64,000 nucleotides of DNA, taken from assembly GCA_031459385.1 (NCBI GenBank), contig JAVKIP010000007.1, forward strand, positions 64,001 to 128,000. Reading direction: 5' to 3'. Below the pieces are notes generated by a model. That model did not search any database. It was given only the letters and a program-made list of their open reading frames with translations, and was not told the DNA's origin. Positions within the stretch are counted from its first letter, which is position 1; the number at the start of each line of letters is the position of its first letter. This stretch comes from Candidatus Fervidifonticultor secundus. Its GTDB lineage: Bacteria > Sysuimicrobiota > Sysuimicrobiia > Sysuimicrobiales > Humicultoraceae. A program made the translations under genes and the position numbers. Shown one piece after another: positions 38,026 to 47,913 of the stretch.

Positions 38026-39170
38026 GGCGGCTGGTCGTGCTGGGCTCCACCGGGAGCGTGGGACGCGCCGCGCTCGAGGTCGCCGCGGCACTGGGCGACG
38101 TCGAGGTCGTCGGGTTGAGCGCGCGGCACCGCCACGCGCTGCTGGCCGCGCAGGCGCGCCGGTTCCGCGTCCGGGCCGTGGCCGTGGAGGATCCGGCTGC
38201 CGCCGCAGCGCTCGAGGATGCGCTGCCGGCCGGCACACGGGTCTTGAGCGGCCCCCAGGCCGCCACGACGCTGGCGCTGCTCGACGGCGCGGACGTCGTC
38301 CTGGTGGCACTCGTGGGCGTCGCGGGCCTGGCGCCGACGCTGGCCGCACTCTCCGCCGGACGCGACGTCGCGCTGGCCACCAAGGAAGCCCTGGTCGCTG
38401 GCGGGCACCTGGTCGCCGCAGCCGCAGCCCGGTCGGGCGCGCGGCTGATCCCCATCGACAGCGAGCATGCGGCCATCGCCCAGTGCCTGCTGGGGCAGGA
38501 CCGCGGGGCGGTGCGGCGGCTGATCCTCACCGCCTCCGGCGGCCCGTTCCTGCGGCGGGCCCCAGACGAGCTGTGGACGGTGACCGTGCAGGAAGCGCTC
38601 GCGCACCCCACGTGGAACATGGGGACGAAAGTCACGATCGACTCCGCCACGTTGATGAACAAGGGCCTGGAGATCATCGAGGCCCGATGGCTGTTCGACG
38701 TCGCGCCGGAGCAGATCGACGTCGTCATCCATCCCCAGAGCATCGTGCACGCCATGGTGGAGTTCGCCGACGGGATGGTCCTGGCGCAGATGAGCCGCCC
38801 GGACATGCGTGGCCCCATCCAGTTCGCGCTGACCGGGCCGCAGCGCCGGCCGGGGCTGGTGGCGCCGGTGGACTGGCACCGGCTGGGACTGACGTTCGAG
38901 GCGCCAGAGGCAGGGCGCTTCCCGGCGCTGGACCTGGCCAGGGAGGCGCTGCGCCTGGGCGGGACGGCGCCCGCCGTGCTGAACGCGGCCAACGAGGTGG
39001 CCGTGGGGCAGTTCCTGGAGGGAAGGATTCGCTTTCCCGAGATCGTTGAAACGGTGCGCGCGGTGCTCGCGCGGTGCAGCCCGCTCCCGGCGCCGACCCT
39101 GGACGCCGTGCTCGCCGCCGATGCGTGGGCCCGGGAAGAGGCGGCCCGGGCCGCCCGCGTGGTGAGGTGA
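38022..39170 (+). CDS. dxr: 1-deoxy-D-xylulose-5-phosphate reductoisomerase
   Basis: LGSTGSVG, PIDSEH, LTASGGPF, HPTWNMG.K.TIDSAT.MNKGLE, NAANE. Confidence 0.98.
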   Translation: MRRLVVLGSTGSVGRAALEVAAALGDVEVVGLSARHRHALLAAQARRFRVRAVAVEDPAAAAALEDALPAGTRVLSGPQAATTLALLDGADVVLVALVGVAGLAPTLAALSAGRDVALATKEALVAGGHLVAAAAARSGARLIPIDSEHAAIAQCLLGQDRGAVRRLILTASGGPFLRRAPDELWTVTVQEALAHPTWNMGTKVTIDSATLMNKGLEIIEARWLFDVAPEQIDVVIHPQSIVHAMVEFADGMVLAQMSRPDMRGPIQFALTGPQRRPGLVAPVDWHRLGLTFEAPEAGRFPALDLAREALRLGGTAPAVLNAANEVAVGQFLEGRIRFPEIVETVRAVLARCSPLPAPTLDAVLAADAWAREEAARAARVVR

Positions 39171-40192
39171 CTGCCGTGCCCAACATCCTGGCCGCGATCG
39201 TGGCCTTCGGCGCCATGATCTTCTTCCACGAGCTCGGCCATTTCCTCATGGCCAAGCGGGCGGGCGTGCGCGTGCACGCCTTCGCCATCGGATTCGGCCC
39301 CGCCCTGGTGAGGTGGACCCGCGGCGGGACCCGGTACGCGCTCAACCTGCTGCCCTTCGGCGGCTACGTGCGCATGGAGGGCGAGGACAGCGCCACCGCC
39401 GGCGAGGGCAGCTTCCAGGCCAAGAGCGTGGGCGCCCGGATCAGCATCATCGCCGCCGGCCCCCTGATGAACCTGGTGATGGCGGTCGTGATCCTGGCGG
39501 TGGCGGCGGCCGCCGGCGGGGTCGCCACCAGCACGCGGGTGCGCACCATCGAGGCGGGCTGGCCGGCCGAGGCCGCGGGGTTGCAGCCGGGGGACCGCAT
39601 CGTCGGCATCGGCGGCCAGGTGATGGGGACCGACCAGCTCATCGACACCATCAACCGCAGCGTGGACCGGACCCTGGTGCTGGACGTACGCCGCGGGGCA
39701 GAGGCGCTCTCCGTGACGGTCACGCCCCGTCTGGATCCCGCGCGCGGCGTGGGCCGCATCGGGTTCGCGCCCGAGCCGGTGTTCACCCGCCTCCACCCCG
39801 GCGCGGCGCTGGTCTGGGGCGTCCACCAGACCGGCCGGTACATCGTCCTGCTGGCCGGCATCATCGAGCGGCTCGTCCGCGAGGGCCGGTTACTCGAGCA
39901 CCTCGGGGGACCGCTGGCGGCCGGCGACCAGCTCCGGCAGGCGGCCGAGCTGGGGATCCTGGTCTTCCTGCACCTGACGGCGCAGTTCAGCATTCTGATC
40001 GGCTTCTTCAACCTGCTGCCGATTCCCGCGCTGGACGGCGGACGCCTGGCGTTCCTGCTGGCCGAGGCCGTGCGCCGGCGGCCGGTGCTGGACGCCCGGC
40101 GCGAGGGGCTCGTGCACACCGTCGGGCTGGCCCTCCTGCTGCTCCTGCTGGCCACGGTGACGCTGCGCGACCTCCGGCGGCTGTTCGAGTAG
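39167..40192 (+). CDS. rseP: RIP metalloprotease RseP with a PDZ domain
   Basis: HELGH, PFGGYVRM, AGPLMN, AGLQPGD, NLLPIPALDGG. Confidence 0.95.
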   Translation: MTAVPNILAAIVAFGAMIFFHELGHFLMAKRAGVRVHAFAIGFGPALVRWTRGGTRYALNLLPFGGYVRMEGEDSATAGEGSFQAKSVGARISIIAAGPLMNLVMAVVILAVAAAAGGVATSTRVRTIEAGWPAEAAGLQPGDRIVGIGGQVMGTDQLIDTINRSVDRTLVLDVRRGAEALSVTVTPRLDPARGVGRIGFAPEPVFTRLHPGAALVWGVHQTGRYIVLLAGIIERLVREGRLLEHLGGPLAAGDQLRQAAELGILVFLHLTAQFSILIGFFNLLPIPALDGGRLAFLLAEAVRRRPVLDARREGLVHTVGLALLLLLLATVTLRDLRRLFE

Positions 40193-40206
40193 TCCGGGAC
40201 GGCCCG

Positions 40207-41343
40207 ATGCACCGGACACAGACGCGCACCGTCAGGGTCGGCAAGGTCGAGATCGGGGGCCAGGCGCCGGTCTCGGTGCAGTCCATGACGATCACGGACA
40301 CCCGTGACGTGGACGGCACGCTGGCGCAGATCTACCAGCTGGCGGCCGAGGGGTGCGAGATCGTCCGGCTCGCGGTGCCCGACCGGGAAGCCGCAGCGGC
40401 GCTGGCGGCGATCAAGCCGCGGAGTCCGCTGCCGATCGTGGCCGACATCCACTTCGACCACCGCCTGGCGCTGGCGGCCCTGGAGGCGGGGATCGACAAG
40501 CTCCGCATCAACCCCGGCAACATCGGCAGCCTGGACCGCGTCCGCATCGTCGCCCGCGAGGCCGCGGCGCGCGGCGTGCCCATCCGCATCGGCGCCAACA
40601 TCGGCTCGCTCTCCAAGGCCACGCTGCGCAGGTGGGGGCGCCCGTGTGCCGAGGCCCTGGTGGACTCGGCGATGGAGGACGTGAAGGTCCTGGAGGATCT
40701 CGGCTTCCACGACATCGTCATCTCCGTCAAGGCATCCGACGTGCCCACGATGATCGAGGCGTACACCATGATCAGCGCGCTGGTCTCCTACCCGCTGCAC
40801 GTCGGGGTGACCGAAGCGGGCACCGCGTGGGCGGGCGGCATCAAGTCCGCGGTGGGGATCGGCGCCGTGCTGGCCCGCGGCATCGGCAACACCATTCGCG
40901 TCTCGCTGGCCGCAGACCCCGTCGAGGAAGTGCGCGCCGGGTACGAGATCCTCAAGAGCCTGGGTCTGCGCACCCGGGGGGTGCAGTTCGTGGCGTGCCC
41001 GTCCTGCGGGCGCGCCGAGGTGGACATCATCCAGATCGCGCAGGAGGTCGAGCGGCGGCTGCGTGGCATCCCCGCGCCCGTGAAGGTGGCGGTGATGGGC
41101 TGCGCCGTCAACGGCCCGGGCGAGGCGCGCATGGCCGACCTGGGCATCGCCTGCGGCCGCGGCATGGGGCTGATCTTCCAGGACGGCAGGATCGTCGCCA
41201 GCCTGCCGGAGGACCAGCTTATCGACGGCCTGATGGCCCACGTCTGGCGGGTGGCGCGCGAGCGCTACGGGGTCGCGGCACCGGCGGCCGTCGCGCCGGC
41301 GGGGAGCGGTGCGGGGACCGCGGGGGCCCCGGCGACGCCATGA
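40207..41343 (+). CDS. ispG: HMBPP synthase IspG
   Basis: VQSMT, VADIHFD, RINPGNIG, PLHVGVTEAG, CPSCGR, VMGCAVNGPGEA. Confidence 0.98.
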   Translation: MHRTQTRTVRVGKVEIGGQAPVSVQSMTITDTRDVDGTLAQIYQLAAEGCEIVRLAVPDREAAAALAAIKPRSPLPIVADIHFDHRLALAALEAGIDKLRINPGNIGSLDRVRIVAREAAARGVPIRIGANIGSLSKATLRRWGRPCAEALVDSAMEDVKVLEDLGFHDIVISVKASDVPTMIEAYTMISALVSYPLHVGVTEAGTAWAGGIKSAVGIGAVLARGIGNTIRVSLAADPVEEVRAGYEILKSLGLRTRGVQFVACPSCGRAEVDIIQIAQEVERRLRGIPAPVKVAVMGCAVNGPGEARMADLGIACGRGMGLIFQDGRIVASLPEDQLIDGLMAHVWRVARERYGVAAPAAVAPAGSGAGTAGAPATP

Positions 41344-41990
41344 CTCCCTGGTGGGAGGCCCTGGCGCGACTGCTCCTGGCGGTGACGCTGGGCGGCGTCA
41401 TCGGCTTCGAGCGCGAGAGCGTCGACAAGCCCGCCGGCTTTCGCACCAACATCCTGGTCTGCGTGGGCGCCGCGCTGTTCGCCCTGGTGTCCAGCGCGGG
41501 CTTCTTCGGGACGGGCGCTGATCCGGCCCGGGTGGCCAGCAACATCGTGGTCGGGATCGGCTTCCTGGGGGCCGGCACCATCTTCCGCACGGGCGGCGGC
41601 GTCCAGGGCCTGACCACAGCCGCCACGCTGTGGACGGTGGCCGCCATCGGCACGGCGTGCGGCATCGGGTACTACGCGGGCGCGTTGGGTGCCACCACCA
41701 TCGTCATCCTGGTGCTGACGCTGATGAAGAGCGTGGAGCGGTTCCTCCCCCGGCGCGGGATCGGCCACTGCTTCGTGCAGATGGCCGACGTGCCCGGGCA
41801 GCTGGGCAAGATCGGCACCGCGCTGGGCCTGCTGGGCGTCAACATCGACCGTGTGGAGTTCACCGCGAAGACCGACACCAGGGTCACGCTGGACCTGACG
41901 CTGCGCCTGCCGGCGAGGGTGAGCCGGGGCGACGTCCTGGTGGCGCTGGGGGAGATCGAGGGCGTGGACGAAGCCCACTGGGAAGCCTAG
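41340..41990 (+). CDS. MgtC/SapB family protein with a C-terminal ACT domain
   Basis: IGFERE...AGFRT, DPARVASNIV.GIGFLGAG, GLTTAATLW; D.PGQLGKI...GVNI ACT motif. Confidence 0.92.
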   Translation: MTPWWEALARLLLAVTLGGVIGFERESVDKPAGFRTNILVCVGAALFALVSSAGFFGTGADPARVASNIVVGIGFLGAGTIFRTGGGVQGLTTAATLWTVAAIGTACGIGYYAGALGATTIVILVLTLMKSVERFLPRRGIGHCFVQMADVPGQLGKIGTALGLLGVNIDRVEFTAKTDTRVTLDLTLRLPARVSRGDVLVALGEIEGVDEAHWEA

Positions 41991-41993
41991 TCC

Positions 41994-42659
41994 ATGCTCC
42001 CGCTGCGGGACCTCAACCCGTCGCGCTCCACCCCGGTCGTGGTCTACATGCTCATCGCGACCTGCGTCGCCATCTTCCTGTACACCATGGGCCTGGGGAG
42101 CGAGGCGGCGCAGGCCGCCTTTTTCGCCCGCTACGGGGCGGTGCCGGCGCAGATCACCGGCGGCCTCGCCGGCGCCCGCGGGCTCGTCACCTCCATGTTC
42201 CTCCACGGCTCGTGGATGCACCTGGGCGGGAACATGCTGTACCTGTGGGTGTTCGGCGACAACGTCGAGGACGCCATGGGGCACGGCCGCTTCATGGTGT
42301 TCTACCTCACCGGCGGGGTCATCGCCGGCCTGGCCCACGTGGTTACGCAGCCGGCCTCGCCGGTGCCGCTGGTAGGCGCCAGCGGCGCGATCGCCGCCGT
42401 CCTGGGCGCGTACCTGGTGCTCTACCCCCGCGCGTCGATCCTGTCGCTGGTGTTCTTTGGCGTCTTCGTCCGCTTCATGGAGCTCCCCGCGCTGCTGGTG
42501 CTGTCGCTGTGGTTCGTGCTGCAGGTCGTGCAGGGGGTGGCGACGCTGGGCATGCCCGGGGTGACCACCGTGGCCTGGTGGGCGCACATCGGGGGGTTCG
42601 TCGCCGGCGTGGCGCTCGTGGGGCTCTTCGCCCGGCGGCGCGCACCGCGCATCATCTGA
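41994..42659 (+). CDS. Rhomboid intramembrane serine protease
   Basis: MFLHGSWMHLGGNMLYLWVFGDNVED, GASGAIA, AHIGGF. Confidence 0.95.
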   Translation: MLPLRDLNPSRSTPVVVYMLIATCVAIFLYTMGLGSEAAQAAFFARYGAVPAQITGGLAGARGLVTSMFLHGSWMHLGGNMLYLWVFGDNVEDAMGHGRFMVFYLTGGVIAGLAHVVTQPASPVPLVGASGAIAAVLGAYLVLYPRASILSLVFFGVFVRFMELPALLVLSLWFVLQVVQGVATLGMPGVTTVAWWAHIGGFVAGVALVGLFARRRAPRII

Positions 42660-42674
42660 CCCCGGGGTGGCCGC

Positions 42675-42703
42675 TTGGACGCCCCTGTCCGGTCTGCTAT
42701 AGT
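42675..42703 (+). promoter_or_regulatory. Sigma70 promoter of mat
   Basis: TTGGAC-N17-TATAGT with extended TG. Confidence 0.65.
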
Positions 42704-42737
42704 GTGGCGCGTGGTGAATGGCACAGAGGAGGGGCGC

Positions 42738-43940
42738 ATGCGCAACATCGTGGTGGACGTCCTGGCCAGGACCCCGGTGCCCGAGCAGCAGGTGGAGATC
42801 GTGGAGCGCAAGGGGGTCGGGCACCCCGACTCGATCTGCGATGCCATCATGGAGCAGGTCTCCGTCGAGCTGAGCCGCGAGTACCTGCGGACGTGCGGGC
42901 GGATCCTCCACCACAACATCGACAAGGCGTTCCTGGTGGCCGGGAACGCGGAGATTCGCCTGGGCGGCGGCGTGGTCACCGAGCCCATGCGGCTGATCTT
43001 CGGCGACCGCGCTACGGCCGAGTGCAACGGCCAGCGCATCGCGGTGGACGAGATCGCCGTGCGCACGGCCAAGGCCTGGATCCGCGACAACCTGCGCTTC
43101 GTCGACCCCGAGCAGCACGTGGTCTACGACGTGCAGATCAAGCCGGGCTCGCCCGAGCTGATGGACATCTTCCAGCGCGAGCGTCCTACGGCCAACGACA
43201 CCTCGGCCGCCGTGGGCTTTGCCCCGCTCTCGCCCACCGAGCGCGCGGTGCTGGACGTCGAGCGGCTGCTCAACAGCCGGGAGTTCAAGCAGCAATACCC
43301 GGAGGTCGGCGAGGACGTGAAGGTGATGGGCTTCCGGCGCGGTGACGCGCTGCACCTGACGACCGCCGTGGCCTTCGTGGACCGGTTCATCGACAGCGAG
43401 GCAGCCTACTTCCGGCGCAAGAGCATGCTGCGCGATGCCATCATGAGCTTCCTGGACGGCCGTCCCGAGTTCCGCGAGGTGCAACTCGACCTCAACACGC
43501 TGGACCAGCCCGGGCGCGGGCTCGGCGGCATGTACCTGTCCGTCACCGGGACCTCGGCAGAGAGCGGGGATTCGGGCCAGGTGGGTCGCGGCAACAGGGT
43601 CAACGGCGTGATCTCGCTGAACCGGCCCATGGGCACCGAGGCTGCCGCGGGCAAGAACCCCGTCTCGCACGTGGGCAAGATCTACACGGTGCTCACCAAG
43701 AAGGCAGCCGAGCGCATCCACCGCGAGGTGCCCGGCGTGCGCGAGATCTACGTCTGGATGTTAAGCCAGATCGGCGCGCCCATCGACGAGCCGAAGGTCG
43801 CTGCCGCGCAGGTGGTGCTGGAGCGCCACGCCCGGCGGCGGGTTGTCGAGCGGCGGATCCGCGAGGTGCTCGACGACGAGTGTGCCCGCATCTCCACCCT
43901 CACGCAGGAACTCGCCAGCGGCCTGCACCCGATGTGGTGA
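42738..43940 (+). CDS. mat: Archaeal-type S-adenosylmethionine synthetase
   Basis: EIVERKGVGHPDSICD, HHNIDK, ANDTS, GEDVKVMG, GTSAE.GDSGQVGRGNR.NG, GKNPVSHVGKIY. Confidence 0.93.
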   Translation: MRNIVVDVLARTPVPEQQVEIVERKGVGHPDSICDAIMEQVSVELSREYLRTCGRILHHNIDKAFLVAGNAEIRLGGGVVTEPMRLIFGDRATAECNGQRIAVDEIAVRTAKAWIRDNLRFVDPEQHVVYDVQIKPGSPELMDIFQRERPTANDTSAAVGFAPLSPTERAVLDVERLLNSREFKQQYPEVGEDVKVMGFRRGDALHLTTAVAFVDRFIDSEAAYFRRKSMLRDAIMSFLDGRPEFREVQLDLNTLDQPGRGLGGMYLSVTGTSAESGDSGQVGRGNRVNGVISLNRPMGTEAAAGKNPVSHVGKIYTVLTKKAAERIHREVPGVREIYVWMLSQIGAPIDEPKVAAAQVVLERHARRRVVERRIREVLDDECARISTLTQELASGLHPMW

Positions 43941-43950
43941 GTCGGGCGCC

Positions 43951-44985
43951 GTGCGCCGGGGGACGGCTGCGGCGCTCGTCATCGCAGCGGTGCTGGCCAC
44001 GGGGTGCGAGGTGCGCCGGCAGCCCCCGCCGGTGGGAGTGGCGTTCCTGCGGGTCGAGGGCGTCACCCGTGCCACCCGGCAGTCGGCGCTGAGCCCGGTC
44101 GCGTGGGCGTCGGACGGCCAGCGGTTTGCGTTCGGCGCCCAGGACGGCGTGTGGGTGCAGCGCGCCGCGGGCTCCGCCGCCTCGCGCCTGGCTCCCGGCC
44201 ACGTCGTCACCGCCGTGGCGTGGGCGCCGGTGGTAGATGCCCTGGCGTACATCGACCGCGGCGAGGTGTGGGTCGTGCAGCCCGACGGTCAGCGCCGTCA
44301 CCGGGTGGAACTGCCCGCGCCCGCCGTCGCCCTGGCCTGGGCCCCGGTCGGCGACCGGCTGGCCGTCGTGGTGCACGCGCCGGGTCCGCAGCGCCGCTCG
44401 GAGCTGTGGTGGACGAGCGTCGGCGGCAACATCCTGCGCCGCGTGCAGTGGGCCCCGCCGCGCCCGGTCGCGGGGATCGGGTGGTTCCCCGAAGCGCTCT
44501 ACCTGTTCGTGCCGCTCGAGCACGACGGGGGGAGCGGCGAGTGGTGGAAGGTCCGGATCGCGTACCCCGACATGCGTCTCCTGCAGCGCCGGGACCCACC
44601 GGCCCGCGAGGCGGCCCTTTCGCCCGCGGGTGACTGGGTCGCCTTCGTGGCGCGCGGCAACCGCGACCAGGTCTTCGTGGTGCGCCCGGACGGCTCCGGG
44701 CTGCGCGCCGCCTCGCCGCCGGCGCCACGCATCGCTGGCCTGGCCTGGGCGCGCGGCGGCGACAAGCTGGCGTATGCGGTGCTCCTGGATGAGGCGAACG
44801 CCGAGATCTTCGTCACGACGCCGTCCGGTGCGTCCCGCCGCCTGATCACCTACCGGCTCGAGTTCCCGGCTCCCAGCGCGGCCCTGGCGCTGGCGTGGGC
44901 GCCCGGGGACACCTACCTGGCCTACGGCACGAACACCGGCGCGCTGGCGGGTCCTGTATGGCTCGCGCGCTTCGGCCGGGATTGA
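43951..44985 (+). CDS. Lipoprotein with a TolB/WD40-like beta-propeller
   Basis: Lipobox LATGC; repeated AW(A/S)P.GD/DG blade motifs. Confidence 0.75.
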   Translation: MRRGTAAALVIAAVLATGCEVRRQPPPVGVAFLRVEGVTRATRQSALSPVAWASDGQRFAFGAQDGVWVQRAAGSAASRLAPGHVVTAVAWAPVVDALAYIDRGEVWVVQPDGQRRHRVELPAPAVALAWAPVGDRLAVVVHAPGPQRRSELWWTSVGGNILRRVQWAPPRPVAGIGWFPEALYLFVPLEHDGGSGEWWKVRIAYPDMRLLQRRDPPAREAALSPAGDWVAFVARGNRDQVFVVRPDGSGLRAASPPAPRIAGLAWARGGDKLAYAVLLDEANAEIFVTTPSGASRRLITYRLEFPAPSAALALAWAPGDTYLAYGTNTGALAGPVWLARFGRD

Positions 44986-45070
44986 CAGCGCCGCGGCCGG
45001 CCCGCGCATAATAGTACTCGTTGACCCGCCGCCGAAGGCGGCGTGCAGTCGTTACGCTGGAGGGTTCGTC

Positions 45071-45367
45071 ATGCCCGTGTACGAGTACCGCTGCCGTCAG
45101 TGCCGACACCAGTTCGAGCAGGTGCAGCCGGTCGGGCAGCCGGCACCGGTGTGCCCGCGCTGCGGCGGGGAGACCCGGAAGGTCTACTCATCTGTAGGGC
45201 TGATCTTCAAGGGCAGCGGCTTTCACACCACGGATTACCGCAAGCCCGCACGGGCCAACGGCGACGGCGCGACTCCGCCCGCCGGCGCTTCCACCAAGAA
45301 GGAAGACACGGCCGCGCCAGCCAGTGCGCCGCCGTCACCGCCGGCGTCCGCACCGCCGTCCCGCTGA
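45071..45367 (+). CDS. FmdB-family zinc ribbon protein
   Basis: MPVYEYRC..C.HQFE, CPRCG, FKGSGFHTTDY. Confidence 0.9.
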   Translation: MPVYEYRCRQCRHQFEQVQPVGQPAPVCPRCGGETRKVYSSVGLIFKGSGFHTTDYRKPARANGDGATPPAGASTKKEDTAAPASAPPSPPASAPPSR

Positions 45368-47085
45368 GCGTCCTGCAGGCCAGGCTGGTCCCGGGCCGCG
45401 TCTTCCTCGCGGTTGCGGCCGTGCTGCTCCTGCCGGGGCCGGCTCCCGCGGCGTCTGCGGGCGGCATCACGGCGGTCGCGGCCGGGTTCGACGGTCGTGC
45501 CCGGATGGGGGCGTGGACGCCGGTCTGGGTGGACGTCGAGGCGCCGACCGCTGGCCTTGAGGGCGTGCTGGCCCTGGAGGCGACCTCGCCGGTGGGCGGC
45601 GTGGCGGCGCGCTACGCGGTGCCGGTACGCGCCGGTCCGGGCGCCCGCGTGCGTGTCTTCCTCCCCGCGGTCTTCTACGACGCACGGGCCCCGGGGGCGC
45701 TGACCCTGGAGGCTGCTGGAGGCCGCCTCGCGCGCCTGGAGCTGGGGCGCCTGCGGCCGGTAGACGAGATCGTCCTGGCCCTCTCCCGCGCGCCGCTCGC
45801 CGGCGGACGGCTCGCGCCGGGCGTCGAGCGCCTGGAACTCGTCTACCTCTCGCCCGAGCGCCTGCCGCCGGCCTGGCAGGCCTACGAAGCCGTGCGCCTC
45901 GTGATCGTCCGCGACCTGGACGAGCGCCGCGTGGACGAAGAACAGCGCCGCGCGCTGCGCGACTGGGTGCTGGCAGGTGGCCGGCTGCTGGCCATGCCGT
46001 CGGGCGACGACGTCCGCGGGCTGCAGGGGCCCACGCTTCGCCCGTTGCTGCCGGCCGCGCTCTCCGTGGCCCGCGGCGGCGACCTGCTCATGACACCAGA
46101 GGCCGGCGCCCGGGCCGACGGCCCCCGCGGCGCGCGCATCGTGCGCGCCGCGCGCGGCCGAGGCCGGGTCGTGCTCTGGGAATGGGACGGCAGCCGCCCG
46201 GTGCGCGCGGACATCGAGGCACGGGCCTGGGAGGAGGTGCTGCAGGCCGGGCCGGCGCCCATCCCGCCCGACCTGGAGAGCACGCTGCCGCCGCAGCGCC
46301 CGTTGCCGCTGCGGATGCAGGTCGGCACGGCGGTGGTCGTGCTCGCATACATCGCCGCGGTGCGTCGGGTGAGCCGCCTGGCCGCGCGCGGCCAGATGGC
46401 CGGGCTGGCGGTCGTGCTCCTGATCGCCCTGGCCGCCACGGCCGGCGCAGTGACGCTGGCCGCGCGGGTGCGACGCGATGCCTCCGGGCCGGTGGCCTCC
46501 GTCGTGGTCGAGGCCCTGCCGGGCACCGCGGTCGGCCGCGTGCTGGTGGTGGCCCGCACGGTGGCCGCACCCGGCGTCACGTACGCGTTCCGCGTGGGTG
46601 CGGGTATGCTGATCCGGCCGGCCGTGCCGTCGCCGGTGACGGTGGTCGTGGGGGCCGATGGTGCCGAGGTCTCCGGCACCGGCAGCGTGCGGCTGGTGGC
46701 GACCGCGCTGGCGCCGGTGCGCGTGCGGGCCGCGCTGGATGCGGCCCGCACGCGCCTGGCCGTCGAGACCGCAGACGGCGTCCGCGTAGACCGGGGATGG
46801 CTCTACGTCGCCGGCCGCGTCCACGCCGTCCCGGCAGTCGCCGGGCGCGTCCAGGTGGCGCTCGCCGACTCCCGCTGGCTCTCGCGCGACCGGCTCGCGC
46901 GTACCGAGCCCAATCACGCGCTGCTGCTGTGGGCGTTCTCGTTGCTGGAGTCCGATGCTATACTCAAGGCACACCCGGCGTGGCTGCTGGGCTGGACGCG
47001 GGATCCCGCGCTCGGCTTCCGGTGGAACGGCCGCGTGGAGGCGCTCTGGCAACTCGTGCTCGTTCCGGTGGCCACTGCGGAGTGA
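45364..47085 (+). CDS. Exported/membrane protein with a GATase-like central region (start uncertain)
   Basis: Signal-like N-terminus, GFDG..R.GAW.PVWV, ALRDWV..GGRL, two TM helices; first gene of the MoxR module. Confidence 0.7.
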   Translation: MSVLQARLVPGRVFLAVAAVLLLPGPAPAASAGGITAVAAGFDGRARMGAWTPVWVDVEAPTAGLEGVLALEATSPVGGVAARYAVPVRAGPGARVRVFLPAVFYDARAPGALTLEAAGGRLARLELGRLRPVDEIVLALSRAPLAGGRLAPGVERLELVYLSPERLPPAWQAYEAVRLVIVRDLDERRVDEEQRRALRDWVLAGGRLLAMPSGDDVRGLQGPTLRPLLPAALSVARGGDLLMTPEAGARADGPRGARIVRAARGRGRVVLWEWDGSRPVRADIEARAWEEVLQAGPAPIPPDLESTLPPQRPLPLRMQVGTAVVVLAYIAAVRRVSRLAARGQMAGLAVVLLIALAATAGAVTLAARVRRDASGPVASVVVEALPGTAVGRVLVVARTVAAPGVTYAFRVGAGMLIRPAVPSPVTVVVGADGAEVSGTGSVRLVATALAPVRVRAALDAARTRLAVETADGVRVDRGWLYVAGRVHAVPAVAGRVQVALADSRWLSRDRLARTEPNHALLLWAFSLLESDAILKAHPAWLLGWTRDPALGFRWNGRVEALWQLVLVPVATAE

Positions 47086-47166
47086 GGCGGGAAACCGGTC
47101 GCCGGCGGGTGGGGCCACGCCGGCTGGCCTGGCGCGGGGGGAGCCGCAACGCGAGACCTCAATCCT

Positions 47167-47877
47167 GTGACCCGCGGCGACCTGCGTGCCCGCCTCGGCA
47201 CATCCCGGGGCCGCGGGGTACAGACGTTCTACCTGCTGCTGTGCAGCGCGTTCCTCTTCCTGTCGCTGCCCCCGGAGATCGGGCGGTTCGAGCTGCGCGA
47301 CGCGCACCTGCTGCTCGCCCTGCTGGCCGCGCAGACCGTGGCAGTCACCTACCTGACCTCGGCGTTCGCCTCGGGCGAGGTGGCTCTCGACGGGGAGAAA
47401 GCGCTCCCGGACCTGGTGCTCTCGGCGTTTTCCACAGCGGTCATCACCGCGGGCAAGGTGCTCTCCGGCGCCCTGTACGCTCTCTACCTGGTGCTGATCG
47501 CGGCGCCGCTGGTCGTGTTTGCCGTGGCGCTGCGCGGCGCCCCGCTGGCCATTGCCCTGTGGGCCGGTGCGGTCTCCGCCGCGGTGGGCGCGGCGGCGGG
47601 GGCGTGGGGGGCGTGGCTTGCTGGCCGGTTCGCCTCCGAGTTCACCCGCAGCATCGTGCACTGGAGTCTGCTCGGTGCGATCTTCGTCGGCACGGCCCTG
47701 CTGCCGCCGCCCTGGTCGCTGGTCAATCCGATCCGCGCGCTCGACGGGCTCACGAGCGGCGTGGCGCCGGCACTGCTGCTGGCGGTCGTCGCGGGCTACC
47801 TGGCTGTGGCGCTCGCCGGGGCCGCGGCGATCGCCGCCCACGTGCGCGCCGCGCGGTCGGAGGCCGCGCCGCTGTGA
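47167..47877 (+). CDS. ABC-2-type permease-like membrane protein
   Basis: About six TM helices; (NP)V...LRARL, GE...LPDLVLS, GKVL, NP motifs. Confidence 0.65.
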   Translation: MTRGDLRARLGTSRGRGVQTFYLLLCSAFLFLSLPPEIGRFELRDAHLLLALLAAQTVAVTYLTSAFASGEVALDGEKALPDLVLSAFSTAVITAGKVLSGALYALYLVLIAAPLVVFAVALRGAPLAIALWAGAVSAAVGAAAGAWGAWLAGRFASEFTRSIVHWSLLGAIFVGTALLPPPWSLVNPIRALDGLTSGVAPALLLAVVAGYLAVALAGAAAIAAHVRAARSEAAPL

Positions 47878-47913
47878 TGGCCAGGCTGTCGGGCAACAGC
47901 CGCGAGGTGAGCG

